From positions 96,001-160,000 of the forward strand of contig CAVSGM010000003.1 of the NCBI GenBank assembly GCA_963727485.1: 64,000 nt of DNA, in the 5' to 3' direction. The notes under the pieces are model-generated. The model made no database searches and was not told the DNA's origin. It saw nothing but the letters and a program-made list of their open reading frames with translations. Of this stretch, positions 55,411 through 64,000 are shown piece after piece. Within the stretch, counting starts at the first letter, position 1; every line of letters begins with the position of its first letter. This DNA comes from an uncultured delta proteobacterium. Its GTDB lineage: Bacteria > Myxococcota > Myxococcia > SLRQ01. A program made the translations under genes and the position numbers.

Positions 55411-55885
55411 TTACGAGTGGGCGCCCGATCGCCGGCGCGGGCCGTAGGCGCGGCGGAGCGTCCGGCCGGTGAGGTAGGACGCGCCGGGGTCGACGAGCAT
55501 CCGTCCGGCGAGGGCGGTGCGACCTAGTAGCATCCGGAAGCGCATGGTGTCACGAGCCGTCAGCGGAGATCTCCACCGGCACCGCGAGGTCGCCGACCAC
55601 CACCTCGGTGGCCAGGATCGGCCGGCGCTCCCGGTGCCCCCCGGAGTCGCTGACCACCCGCTCGTCGGCCACCGGGGCGGCGCACACCAGCTCCACGTCC
55701 GAGCGCCGCTGCAGGGGGTGGAGGCGAAAGCGCACCCAGGGCGCGCCCCGGTCGAGGTAGCGCTCCACGGCGAAGGCGTGCAGCGCGCTGGTCCGCGCCC
55801 CGGTGTCGATCTTCGCCTTCACCGCCGGGATCCCGAGCCCCGGGAGGGCGACCCACTCGCGCCAGCCGACGGTCAGCACGCTCAC
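55411..55885 (-). CDS. RimK-associated retropepsin-like protease, RimB-like (apparent +1 frameshift at 55565-55566)
   Basis: [23 protein letters not shown]; correction gives [32 protein letters not shown] start overlaps the glmS stop. Confidence 0.82.
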
Positions 55886-57714
55886 TCGACGGTGACGCTC
55901 TTGGCGAGGTTTCTGGGCTGGTCCACGTCGGTGCCGTGGTGGTCGGCGACGTGGTAGGCGAGCAGCTGCAGGGGCACCACCGCCAGGAGCGGCTCGGTGA
56001 GCGCCGACGACTCGGGGATCCAGAGCACGTCGTGGGCCAGCCGCCCGATCTCCGCGTCCCCCTCGGTGGCGATGGCGATCACCCGCCCGCCCCGGGCCCG
56101 CGCCTCCTCGAGGTTCCCCAGGACCTTCTCGTAGGCCGAGTGCCTGGTGGCCACCACCACCACCGGCAGCCCCTGGTCGATGAGGGCGATGGGCCCGTGC
56201 TTCATCTCGCCGGCGGGGTAGCCTTCGGCGTGGAGGTAGGAGATCTCCTTGAGCTTGAGGGCCCCCTCGAGGGCGATGGGGAAGGCGATGCCCCGGCCCA
56301 GGAAGAGGAAGTCCCGGGCGGAGGCGACGTCCCGGGCGAGCTCGGCGATGTGCGCCTCGTCCTCGAGGAGGTGCTCTACCTGCCGGGGCACCGCCGCCAG
56401 TGCCTCGAGGTGGGCCCGGCCCTGGGCGGCGTCCACCGTCCCCCGGAGCCGCCCGAGGCGAAGCGCCACCAGGTAGAGGGCGGCGAGCTGGGTGGTGAAC
56501 GCCTTGGTGGAGGCGACGCCGATCTCGGGGCCGGCGTGGGTGTAGAGGACGTCGTCGGCCTCCCGGGCGATGGCCGAGCCCAAAACGTTGACGATGGCGA
56601 AGGTACGGGCGCCGAGGCGCTTGGCCTCGCGCATCGCCGCCAGGGTGTCGGCGGTCTCGCCGGACTGGGAGATGGCGAGCACCAGGGTCCTCTCGTCGAT
56701 GACCGGCTGCCGGTAGCGGAACTCGCTGGCGTAGTCGACCTCCACCGGGACCCGGGCGAGCTGCTCCACCAGGAACTTGCCCACCAGCCCCGCGTGCCAG
56801 CTGGTCCCACAGGCGACGATCACCACCCGGGAGATCGCCTCGGCGTCGGCGCGGGAGAGCTTCACCTCGTCGAGGACCACCTCGCCGTGCTCCGGTCGCA
56901 TCCGGGTGCGCAGGGTGTCGGCGATGGCCCGGGGCTGCTCGTGGATCTCCTTGTGCATGAAGTGCTTGTGGCCGTTCTTCTCGGCCATCACCGGGGACCA
57001 GTCGATGCGCGTGGTCTCGCGGGAGACCGGGGTCCCGTCGAAGCGGATGATCCGCGCACCGTCCCGGCGCACCGTGGCGATCTCGCCCTCCTCGAGGAAG
57101 ATCACCTCCCGGGTCCAGGGCAAGAGCGCCGGGACGTCCGAGGCCACGTGCCACGCCCCCTCGCCCCGGCCGAGGACCAGCGGCGAGGCGTTCTTGGCCA
57201 CCACGATCTCGTCGGGGTGATCCGCGTGCATCACCACCAGGGCGTAGGTGCCCTTCACCCGGGCCCGGGCCGCGCGCACCGCCTCGGTGAGGTCGCCGCC
57301 GCTCTCGTCGAGGGCGTCGGCCACCAGGTGGGCGAAGATCTCGGTGTCGGTCTCGCTGACGAAGACGTGGCCCGCGGACTCGAGCTCCCGGCGCAGGGCC
57401 AGGTGGTTCTCGATGATCCCGTTGTGGACCACCGCCACGTCCCGGTACCGGTGGGGGTGGGCGTTCTTCTCGCTCGGGGGCCCGTGGGTCGCCCACCGGG
57501 TGTGGCCGATGCCCAGGTGGCCCGGGGTCGGGTGCGCGGCGAGGGCCGTCACCAGCCCGGCGAGCTTCCCCTCGCAGCGCACGATGTCCAGGCCGCCGTC
57601 CCCGAGGACCGCGACCCCCGCCGAGTCGTAGCCCCGGTACTCGAGGCGCCGCAGGCCCTCGACCAGGATCGGCGCCGCTTCCTCGGGGCCCACGTAACCA
57701 ACGATGCCGCACAT
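55882..57714 (-). CDS. glmS: glutamine--fructose-6-phosphate aminotransferase
   Basis: [35 protein letters not shown]. Confidence 0.97.
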   Translation of the reverse strand: MCGIVGYVGPEEAAPILVEGLRRLEYRGYDSAGVAVLGDGGLDIVRCEGKLAGLVTALAAHPTPGHLGIGHTRWATHGPPSEKNAHPHRYRDVAVVHNGIIENHLALRRELESAGHVFVSETDTEIFAHLVADALDESGGDLTEAVRAARARVKGTYALVVMHADHPDEIVVAKNASPLVLGRGEGAWHVASDVPALLPWTREVIFLEEGEIATVRRDGARIIRFDGTPVSRETTRIDWSPVMAEKNGHKHFMHKEIHEQPRAIADTLRTRMRPEHGEVVLDEVKLSRADAEAISRVVIVACGTSWHAGLVGKFLVEQLARVPVEVDYASEFRYRQPVIDERTLVLAISQSGETADTLAAMREAKRLGARTFAIVNVLGSAIAREADDVLYTHAGPEIGVASTKAFTTQLAALYLVALRLGRLRGTVDAAQGRAHLEALAAVPRQVEHLLEDEAHIAELARDVASARDFLFLGRGIAFPIALEGALKLKEISYLHAEGYPAGEMKHGPIALIDQGLPVVVVATRHSAYEKVLGNLEEARARGGRVIAIATEGDAEIGRLAHDVLWIPESSALTEPLLAVVPLQLLAYHVADHHGTDVDQPRNLAKSVTVE

Positions 57715-57806
57715 GTCCTAAACCTCTACACCGGGTTCGCCGGCGCACCCAAGAGCCGGTCGCGATCGCCGCCGGGCCACCGGGCACGGTCCCCAGGGGG
57801 CCGGCC

Positions 57807-59165
57807 CTATTTCCGCTTCCTGCCCCGGGGCTTCCTGGGCGCCCGGCGCGCCACCCAGCCCTCGAGGTTCTTCTGGGGCCCCCGGGCCACCGCCAGGGCC
57901 CCGGCGGGGACGTCCTTGGTCAGGGTGGACCCGGCGCCCACGTAGGCCCCGTCGCCGACGGTGATGGGCGCCACCAGGGCGGTGTTCGAGCCGATGAAGC
58001 ACCCGGCGCCGAGGGTGGTCTGGTGCTTGGCGGCGCCGTCGTAGTTGCAGGTGATGGTCCCGGCGCCGACGTTGGTCCCGGCGCCCACCTCCGCGTCGCC
58101 GAGGTAGGAGAGGTGGTTGGCCTTGGCGCCCCGGCCCAGGTGGGCCTTCTTGGTCTCCACGAAGTTCCCCAGGTGCACCTCGCCCTCGAGGACCGACCCG
58201 GGCCGCACCCGGGCGAAGGGCCCGACCCGGCACCCGTCGCCGATGACCCCGTCCTCCACATGCGACCAGGGCAGGAGGGTCACGCCCCGGCCCACCCGGG
58301 TCTCGCCCAGGAGGTGGCAGCCGGCGCCGATGACCGTGTCCCGGCCAATCGCCACGCCCTCGTCGACGTAGGTGTTCGCCGGATCCTCGAAGCTCACCCC
58401 GCCGACCATCAGCGCCTCGTTGATCCGCCGGCGCATCAGTGTGGCCGCCCGGGCGAGCTCCACCCGGTCGTTGACCCCGGCGACCTCGCTGGGATCGGCG
58501 ACCGGCACCGCCTTCACCGTGAGCCCCCGGGCCACCGCCACCGCCACCACGTCGGTGAGGTAGAGCTCCCCCTGGGCGTTGTCGGCCCTCAGGTTTCCGA
58601 GGGCCGCCTCGAGAATCTTGCGGTCGACGTCGTAGATCCCGGCGTTGATCTCCCCGAGGCGCCGCTCGGCCGGGGTGCAGTCCCGGTGCTCCACGATCCG
58701 CACCACCCGCCCGTGGCCGTCGCGGACGATGCGCCCGAGGCCCGTGGGGTCGGCGGGCTCGGTGGTGAGCAGCGCCACCGCCGCCTTGGCCCCGGCGCGC
58801 ACCAGGCGCTGGAAGGTGGCCCGGGTGAGCAGGGGCACGTCGCCGTAGAGGATGCGCACCCGCTTGGCCCGGCCCACCTCGGGGAGGGCGCAGCGCACCG
58901 CGTCGCCGGTGCCCCGCTGGTCGCGCTGGGTGACGAAGCGCAGGGGCGCCCCGGGGAAGGCGGCCTCGAGGGCCGCGCGCACCGCCTCGCCCTGGTGGCC
59001 GACGACGACCACCACCCGGCGGCTGCCGGCGTCGAGGGCCCGGCGCACCGGGTAGAAGGCCAGCGGCCGGCCGCAGAGGGGGTGGAGGACCTTGGCGGTG
59101 GCGGAGCGCATCCGGGTGCCCTTGCCCGCCGCGAGGATCACCGCTGCATCGGGAGTCGAAGCCAT
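57807..59165 (-). CDS. glmU: bifunctional UDP-GlcNAc pyrophosphorylase / glucosamine-1-phosphate acetyltransferase
   Basis: LAAGKGTRM, LYGDVP, ELYLTD, hexapeptide repeats, HLSYLGD, TCNYDG. Confidence 0.96.
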   Translation of the reverse strand: MASTPDAAVILAAGKGTRMRSATAKVLHPLCGRPLAFYPVRRALDAGSRRVVVVVGHQGEAVRAALEAAFPGAPLRFVTQRDQRGTGDAVRCALPEVGRAKRVRILYGDVPLLTRATFQRLVRAGAKAAVALLTTEPADPTGLGRIVRDGHGRVVRIVEHRDCTPAERRLGEINAGIYDVDRKILEAALGNLRADNAQGELYLTDVVAVAVARGLTVKAVPVADPSEVAGVNDRVELARAATLMRRRINEALMVGGVSFEDPANTYVDEGVAIGRDTVIGAGCHLLGETRVGRGVTLLPWSHVEDGVIGDGCRVGPFARVRPGSVLEGEVHLGNFVETKKAHLGRGAKANHLSYLGDAEVGAGTNVGAGTITCNYDGAAKHQTTLGAGCFIGSNTALVAPITVGDGAYVGAGSTLTKDVPAGALAVARGPQKNLEGWVARRAPRKPRGRKRK

Positions 59166-59231
59166 GGGGGGCATCTACCGGGGCCGCCGTCGGGATTCAA
59201 GCGGGGCCGGCGCCTTGGCCCCGCGCGGGCG

Positions 59232-59564
59232 TCAGTGCCGGGTGGCGACGAAGGCCTGGATCCGCGCCCGGTCCCCGGGGGCGATGTCCACGAACCGGAC
59301 CCCCATGGCGGGCTTCGGACCCGGGCGCGACCACACCACCTTGCCCACCACCGTGAACGGCCGGCCGCTGCCGGGGCCGAGGCGGAGGGTGACGAAGCGG
59401 CCCGTGGCCAGGGGGGCGTCGGTCGAGAGGGACACGCCCCCGCCGCCGATCTCCCCGGCGGTCACCTGGCGTCGGCTGCGGTCCCGGTCGAAGAGCTCGA
59501 CCAGGCCGGACCAGGCGGTGCGAGGGAAGCGGCGGGTCTCCGGGGCTCGGTCGTCGTGGCGCAT
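59232..59564 (-). CDS. PilZ domain protein
   Basis: RRFPR, EIGGGG (degenerate D/NxSxxG), GKVVW, MGVRF. Confidence 0.8.
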   Translation of the reverse strand: MRHDDRAPETRRFPRTAWSGLVELFDRDRSRRQVTAGEIGGGGVSLSTDAPLATGRFVTLRLGPGSGRPFTVVGKVVWSRPGPKPAMGVRFVDIAPGDRARIQAFVATRH

Positions 59565-59577
59565 GGTGGAAGCAACT

Positions 59578-59594
59578 AGCAGGCCCCATGCCAG
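59578..59594 (-). promoter_or_regulatory. putative sigma54 promoter of the PilZ gene
   Basis: Minus strand CTGGCATGGGGCCTGCT, GG-N10-GC. Confidence 0.55.
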
Positions 59595-59671
59595 CTTCCC
59601 GGGGAGGCACCGAACCCAGGCGGGGATCCCCGGATGTCGGGGGGTTGGGGCGCCCGTCGCCCGGGAGTGGC

Positions 59672-62458
59672 TCACCCCGCCGCCTGGGCGGCCGTGATCC
59701 AGGTGTCACTGTCGTCGCCCTGCCACACCGGCCGGATGGGATCGAGGCCCAGGGGATGCCCGAGGGCGCCGCCGTAGAGGACCCGGTAGATGGCGTAGAA
59801 CGAGAGCACCTTCTGGACGTAGTGCCGGGTCTCGGAGATGGGGATCTCCTCGACGAAGGCGTCGAGGGGCAGGTGGCCCCGGGTGGCGACCCACCGGCGC
59901 ACCGCCCGCTCCCCGGCGTTGTAGGCGGCCACCGCCAGGGCCACCCGGCCGCGGAAGTCCCGGAGGAGCCGGGCGAGGAACGCCGCGCCCACGGCGATGG
60001 ACACTCCCGGGCGCTTCAGCTTCCAGAACCGGAAGTGGTGCAGGTGGATCGCCCGGGCGATGGGGTAGGCGGTGTGGCGCATCACCTGGGTGAGGCCGAG
60101 GGCCCCGGCCGCCGACCGGGCCCGGGGCTCGAAGCCGCTCTCGGCGCGGATCAGGGCGTAGAGGAGGGCCCCGGGGACCCCGTCCGCCGCGGTGGCCCGG
60201 GCCACGTCCCCGGGCCAGGGCCTCGGGTAGGCCAGCCGGGCGTCGGCGGCGGTCTGCCCGGCGGGGAAGGCGGGCAGGCCCCCCTGCCAGGCCACCGGGG
60301 CCATCCGGTGGGACCGGCGCAGGTCCCCGAGGCGGGCCCACAGGAGGCTGGCCACCCGGCGGTCGGCGTCGACCAGGGTCCCCCGGTCGAGACTGAACAG
60401 CGCCCGGCGGGCCTCCCGGGTGAGCCCCAGGCGCAGGTAGGCCGCGGCGGCGGCGACGTCGGGGTCGAGGCCCGCGGCCGGCTCGGGCGGGGCGACGGGG
60501 GTCGCCGGCCGGCGCCGCGCCACCGCCGCGCGGGCGTCGACCCCCAGCGCCTCCAGCCGGTCCCAGGCGAGGAGGCCGTAGTAGTCGAGGGGGCGGGTGG
60601 CGGCGACCTCGAGGTAGTCCCGGCGCGCCGACCGGGCGTCGCCCTGCATCTCCTGGATCCGCCCGCGCCAGTAGGCCGCGCGCTCGAGGAGGCGGCGCCG
60701 CGCCACCGGCGCGGGCTCCGGGCGGCCGTCGGGGTGGAAGCGGATGCCCAGGGTCGGGGCCGGGGCGGGGCGGGCGCGGCGCACCTCGGGGCCGAGGGGG
60801 GGCCGGGCCCCATGGGGGCGCGCCGGTGGGGCGGCAACCGCTGCCGCGGCGGCGACGGTGGGCAGGCCGATCCCTGCACCGGCGGCGGTGGCCAGGGTGC
60901 CCACGGAGACGGTGACCTCGGCGAGGGACCGGAGCGCGCCGGGCCCGGAGGCCGGCGCCGGGTCGGAGGCCGGGGCCGGGTCGGGGGCCAGGGCCGGGTC
61001 GGGGGGCGGCGCCGGGTCGGGGGCCGGGAGGCGCTCGGGTGACGGCGCGGCCGGCGGGTCGGCGGCGAGGCCCGCGGGGACCCGGACCAGGGGCCGCGCC
61101 GAGGCCGGGAGGCGGGTCACCGTCGACGGGATGGCCGGCGGGGGCGACGCGGGGATGGGCTCGGGGCCCAGCAGGGTGGCCAGCCACGCCCGGGCCGCGT
61201 CGCCGCGCCCGGCCTTCCAGGCGAGCCAGGCGAGGCCGAAGCGGCAGGCGTCGGCGGCCGGGGCGGCGGGGTGGCCGAGGGCGCACCGGCGGTAGAGCCG
61301 GGCCGCGGCCGGGGTGTCTCCGCCCCGGGCGGCGAGGCGGCCGGCCCGGCGCAGGGCCGTGGCCGCGGCGTCGGTCCCGGGGTGGCGCCGGGCGGTGGCG
61401 AGGTAGGCGGCGAAGGCGGCGGTGCTGTGGCGGCGGGCGACGAGGTCGGCGTGGATCACCTCGGCGCCGGCGAGAAGCTCCGGGTCCTTGGCCTCCCGGG
61501 CCACCCGCCGGAGGTAGCGCCGCGCGGTGCGGAACCAGCGGATGTGGACGTAGAGCTCGGCGGTGACGAGATCGAGCTGGGTCCCCGCCCGGTGGGCCCC
61601 GGCCGGGAGGAGGCGGCGCAGGTGGCGCACCGCCCGGAGGGCCCGGCGGGGGTGGAGGTGGAGCACCGCGTGGCGGGCCCGGGCCAGGAGGGCGTCGACC
61701 TTCGGGGGCGCCGGGCGGACGCCCCGGGCGGCGAGGCGGCGGAGCCGGTCCCGGGCCGCCCGGCCGGCGGCGCGCCGGGGCCACAGGGTCGCCACCCCCC
61801 GGTCGAGGGCGGCGGCGTCCCGGAGGCGGTCCTGGGCCTGGCGCCTTTGGCCGGTGCGGGCGAGGTGCCACGCCTGCCGCTCCAGGCACCCCGCGAGGAG
61901 CCCCCAGGCCCGGTCCTCCCGGGGGGTGCCCTCGAGGGCGGTGACCGCGCGGTCGGCGAGCTGGCAGGCGGCGTCCACCGCGCCCCGGGCGAGGCGGGCC
62001 CGGACCCGGAGGGTCACCGCCTGGAGGCCGAAGCGGCTCCCCAGGGGCACGGCACCGAGGGCCGCGGCGGCGGCCTGGAGGTGGCCGGTGCGGGCGAGGA
62101 GGTCGCCGTGGTACCAGGCCACGTCGGCGGCGAGCCCCGGGGGCGCCGCCGGGCCGTCGAGGGTGGCGAAGATCGCCAGGGCCTCGCCGGCGCGTCCGGC
62201 CCGGCGCAGGGCCAGGGCCCGGACGAAGGCCAGGGCCGGGGCGCTCCGGGGATCGAGGCGGGGATCGGCGCCGGCGCGGCCGGTGAGGTCCAGGGCCCGG
62301 GCCAGGGCGTGGCGGTCCACGGCCCGGGCGGCGGCGCGCACCTGGGGATCGGAGAGGCCCGGGAGCCTTGGCAGGGCGGTGGCCGCGCGGGCCGGCCCCG
62401 CCGAGGCGACGGCACCGGCCACGATGCAGGCGCCGAGGGTCCGACGAAGCACGGGCAT
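59672..62458 (-). CDS. soluble lytic murein transglycosylase (Slt70-like, TPR + SLT) with a Pro/Ala insertion
   Basis: Signal peptide; IRAESGF, GALGLTQVM, AAYNAG, ETRHYVQKV; start 62458 or 62470. Confidence 0.85.
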   Translation of the reverse strand: MPVLRRTLGACIVAGAVASAGPARAATALPRLPGLSDPQVRAAARAVDRHALARALDLTGRAGADPRLDPRSAPALAFVRALALRRAGRAGEALAIFATLDGPAAPPGLAADVAWYHGDLLARTGHLQAAAAALGAVPLGSRFGLQAVTLRVRARLARGAVDAACQLADRAVTALEGTPREDRAWGLLAGCLERQAWHLARTGQRRQAQDRLRDAAALDRGVATLWPRRAAGRAARDRLRRLAARGVRPAPPKVDALLARARHAVLHLHPRRALRAVRHLRRLLPAGAHRAGTQLDLVTAELYVHIRWFRTARRYLRRVAREAKDPELLAGAEVIHADLVARRHSTAAFAAYLATARRHPGTDAAATALRRAGRLAARGGDTPAAARLYRRCALGHPAAPAADACRFGLAWLAWKAGRGDAARAWLATLLGPEPIPASPPPAIPSTVTRLPASARPLVRVPAGLAADPPAAPSPERLPAPDPAPPPDPALAPDPAPASDPAPASGPGALRSLAEVTVSVGTLATAAGAGIGLPTVAAAAAVAAPPARPHGARPPLGPEVRRARPAPAPTLGIRFHPDGRPEPAPVARRRLLERAAYWRGRIQEMQGDARSARRDYLEVAATRPLDYYGLLAWDRLEALGVDARAAVARRRPATPVAPPEPAAGLDPDVAAAAAYLRLGLTREARRALFSLDRGTLVDADRRVASLLWARLGDLRRSHRMAPVAWQGGLPAFPAGQTAADARLAYPRPWPGDVARATAADGVPGALLYALIRAESGFEPRARSAAGALGLTQVMRHTAYPIARAIHLHHFRFWKLKRPGVSIAVGAAFLARLLRDFRGRVALAVAAYNAGERAVRRWVATRGHLPLDAFVEEIPISETRHYVQKVLSFYAIYRVLYGGALGHPLGLDPIRPVWQGDDSDTWITAAQAAG
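60957..61028 (-). repeat. four 18-bp tandem repeats encoding (P/L)(A/P)(P/S)DPA units
   Basis: GCCGGGTCGG(A/G)GG.C.G. units visible on the + strand. Confidence 0.75.
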
Positions 62459-62578
62459 GAAGACCACCATAGACGTCCGGGACCGCCCGGGCCACGTGCC
62501 CCATGCGCCTTGCGACCCATCCCGGGCGCTGCCTATACTGGCCCCGCCGGCTGGCCCCCCCAGCCCTCGAGCCCCCCG

Positions 62579-62932
62579 ATGACTGCGGTCCTCGTCCTCC
62601 TGGTCGTCTCCCTCACGGCGTACTTCGCCCTGCGGCTGCGCGAGGCGAAGCGGTCCCGCCTCGCCCTCGAGGCCGAGCTGCGCGCCGTCCAGGGCCGGTT
62701 GATGCAGGTCGAGGGGCACCTCGGCGGGGCCCACGAGGACCTGGTCGTCCTCACCCACGTCCTCGTCGAGCGCGGCGTCGCCGACGAGGAGGACCTCGAC
62801 GAGATCCGCCAGCGGGTGGTGGAGCAGCCCATCCGCCGGGCCGAGGAGCGCGAGGAGCTCCTCGAGGGCTCGGGGCTCTCCGACGACGCGGTGGTGGTCG
62901 AGGGCCCCGACCCGGGCCGGACCATCCACTGA
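62579..62932 (+). CDS. small membrane-anchored coiled-coil hypothetical protein
   Basis: N-terminal TM VLVLLVVSLTAYFAL; TATACT -10-like hexamer upstream. Confidence 0.65.
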   Translation: MTAVLVLLVVSLTAYFALRLREAKRSRLALEAELRAVQGRLMQVEGHLGGAHEDLVVLTHVLVERGVADEEDLDEIRQRVVEQPIRRAEEREELLEGSGLSDDAVVVEGPDPGRTIH

Positions 62933-63263
62933 CCGCCCCGGCCGCCCGGCCCCAGGCGCGTGTTGCGGACAGCGCCTCGTCGCTTGAGGCGCCGGGGGTG
63001 CCCTGGCGGTGGGGGCGCGACCCGTCGAATACGTCACAACGTATCCCATTGGGGCAATCCGCCCCAACGTATCCCAACGTGACGCATTCAGAGGGGTGCC
63101 GAGGGTGCCCTCGGCGCGGAGTGGAGCGACAGCGGCGAGAGTCCCGACGACTGCGAGCACCACCCACCGATGATGGAGCGGGTCAAAGAGACCACCGGGT
63201 CCTACCTGGCGCGGGTGCTGGCGGACGCGGGCGCCTGGCGGGCGGCGTCTCCGCGACACGCCC

Positions 63264-64000
63264 CTAGAACCCGGCGGCCACCCCCTCGCCCCGGGGGTCG
63301 GCGGCGCCGAAGCGCACCCGGGTCCCGGGGTCCACCAGGATGCACGCGGCGTTCCCCCAGGGCCGCCGTCGCACCAGGTGGTGCCCGAGGGCCTCGAGCC
63401 CGGCGATCGTCGCCGGGTCCAGGCCGTGGGGCTCGTAGTAGGTCTCATCCGGGAGCCACTGCTCGTGGATCCGCGGCGCCGCCACCGCCTGGGAGAGGTC
63501 CATGTGGAAGTCGACCACGTTCAGGAGCACCTGGAGGACGGTGGTGATGATGGTCGGCCCCCCGGGGGCGCCCAGGGCCAGGTAGAGCTTCGCGTCCTTC
63601 CCCTCGCCCCGGAACACCAAGGTCGGCGACATGCTGGACAGCGGGACCTTCCGCGGGGCGATGGCGTTGGCCTCGCCCTGCACCAGCCCGTAGACGTTGG
63701 GCTGGCCCGGGGCCGAGGCGAAGTCGTCCATCTCGTCGTTCATCAGCACCCCGGTCCCCGGCGCCATCACCCCGGCGCCGAAGCCGTAGTTGATGGTGGT
63801 GGTGAGGGCCACCGCGTTCCCGGCGGCGTCGACCACCGAGAGGTGGGTGGTGTCGGGGCTGGGGTCGCGCTCCGGGGCCAGGTGCTGGGGCAGGTCCCTG
63901 GACGGGGTGGCGTGGAGGGGGTCGATGCCGGCGCGCAGCCGGTCGGCGTAGGCCATGCTGGTGAGCCTCGCCACCGGGTCGTCGACGAAGGCCGGGTCGC
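63264..64000 (-). CDS. ggt: gamma-glutamyltransferase, 3' part (runs off the window end)
   Basis: TTHLSVVD nucleophile, MNDEMDDF, PLSSMSPT, GAPGG, AADPRGEG. Confidence 0.95.
   Translation of the reverse strand, partial: DPAFVDDPVARLTSMAYADRLRAGIDPLHATPSRDLPQHLAPERDPSPDTTHLSVVDAAGNAVALTTTINYGFGAGVMAPGTGVLMNDEMDDFASAPGQPNVYGLVQGEANAIAPRKVPLSSMSPTLVFRGEGKDAKLYLALGAPGGPTIITTVLQVLLNVVDFHMDLSQAVAAPRIHEQWLPDETYYEPHGLDPATIAGLEALGHHLVRRRPWGNAACILVDPGTRVRFGAADPRGEGVAAGF

Noticed and set aside
57715..57806. glmS ribozyme upstream of glmS
   Set aside because: The 92-bp spacer is short and lacks the conserved core I would expect
63083..63263. Coding-looking stretch (EWSDSGESPDDCEHHPPMMERVKETTGSYLARV) / ORF 63170..63547
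   Set aside because: No credible start for the upstream part, and it runs antisense into ggt; at most a gene remnant
44715..64000. A polyglutamate system linking CapA, RimK/RimB and GGT
   Set aside because: The genes are scattered among unrelated housekeeping genes, and capB/capC are absent

Overview
This is a very GC-rich chromosomal window. Lipoproteins with DGG linkers, TPR/HEAT proteins, a PilZ protein and sigma54 promoters suggest a Myxococcota/deltaproteobacterial genome. Most genes are housekeeping: trxB, radC, recQ, ssb, propionyl-CoA carboxylase, methylmalonyl-CoA mutase, gpsA, bioD, pfkA, fumC, rimK, glmS, glmU and ggt. The standout is a co-oriented cluster at 361-8174. It encodes a cNMP-binding protein, a fused ferredoxin / circularly permuted TrxR-type flavoprotein / di-heme-b membrane protein, a secreted 30-heme cytochrome c, an 8-heme lipoprotein cytochrome and an outer-membrane beta-barrel. 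Together these look like a complete electron wire from cytoplasmic NAD(P)H to the cell surface. Five genes carry single +1 insertions, all in or beside GATC. These are probably systematic sequencing errors, which may reveal a DNA modification at that motif. Other notable modules are: an E1alpha/E1beta pair with a free lipoyl domain but no E2/E3; a sigma54-driven barrel plus propeller-diheme lipoprotein; an ArsR-rhodanese/DoxX-DsrE sulfur module with a perfect operator palindrome; an orphan C-terminal copy of a lipoprotein; and an unexplained structured element between convergent genes. I saw no rRNA, tRNA, CRISPR array or transposase. All calls come from reading motifs by eye; no database searches were run.
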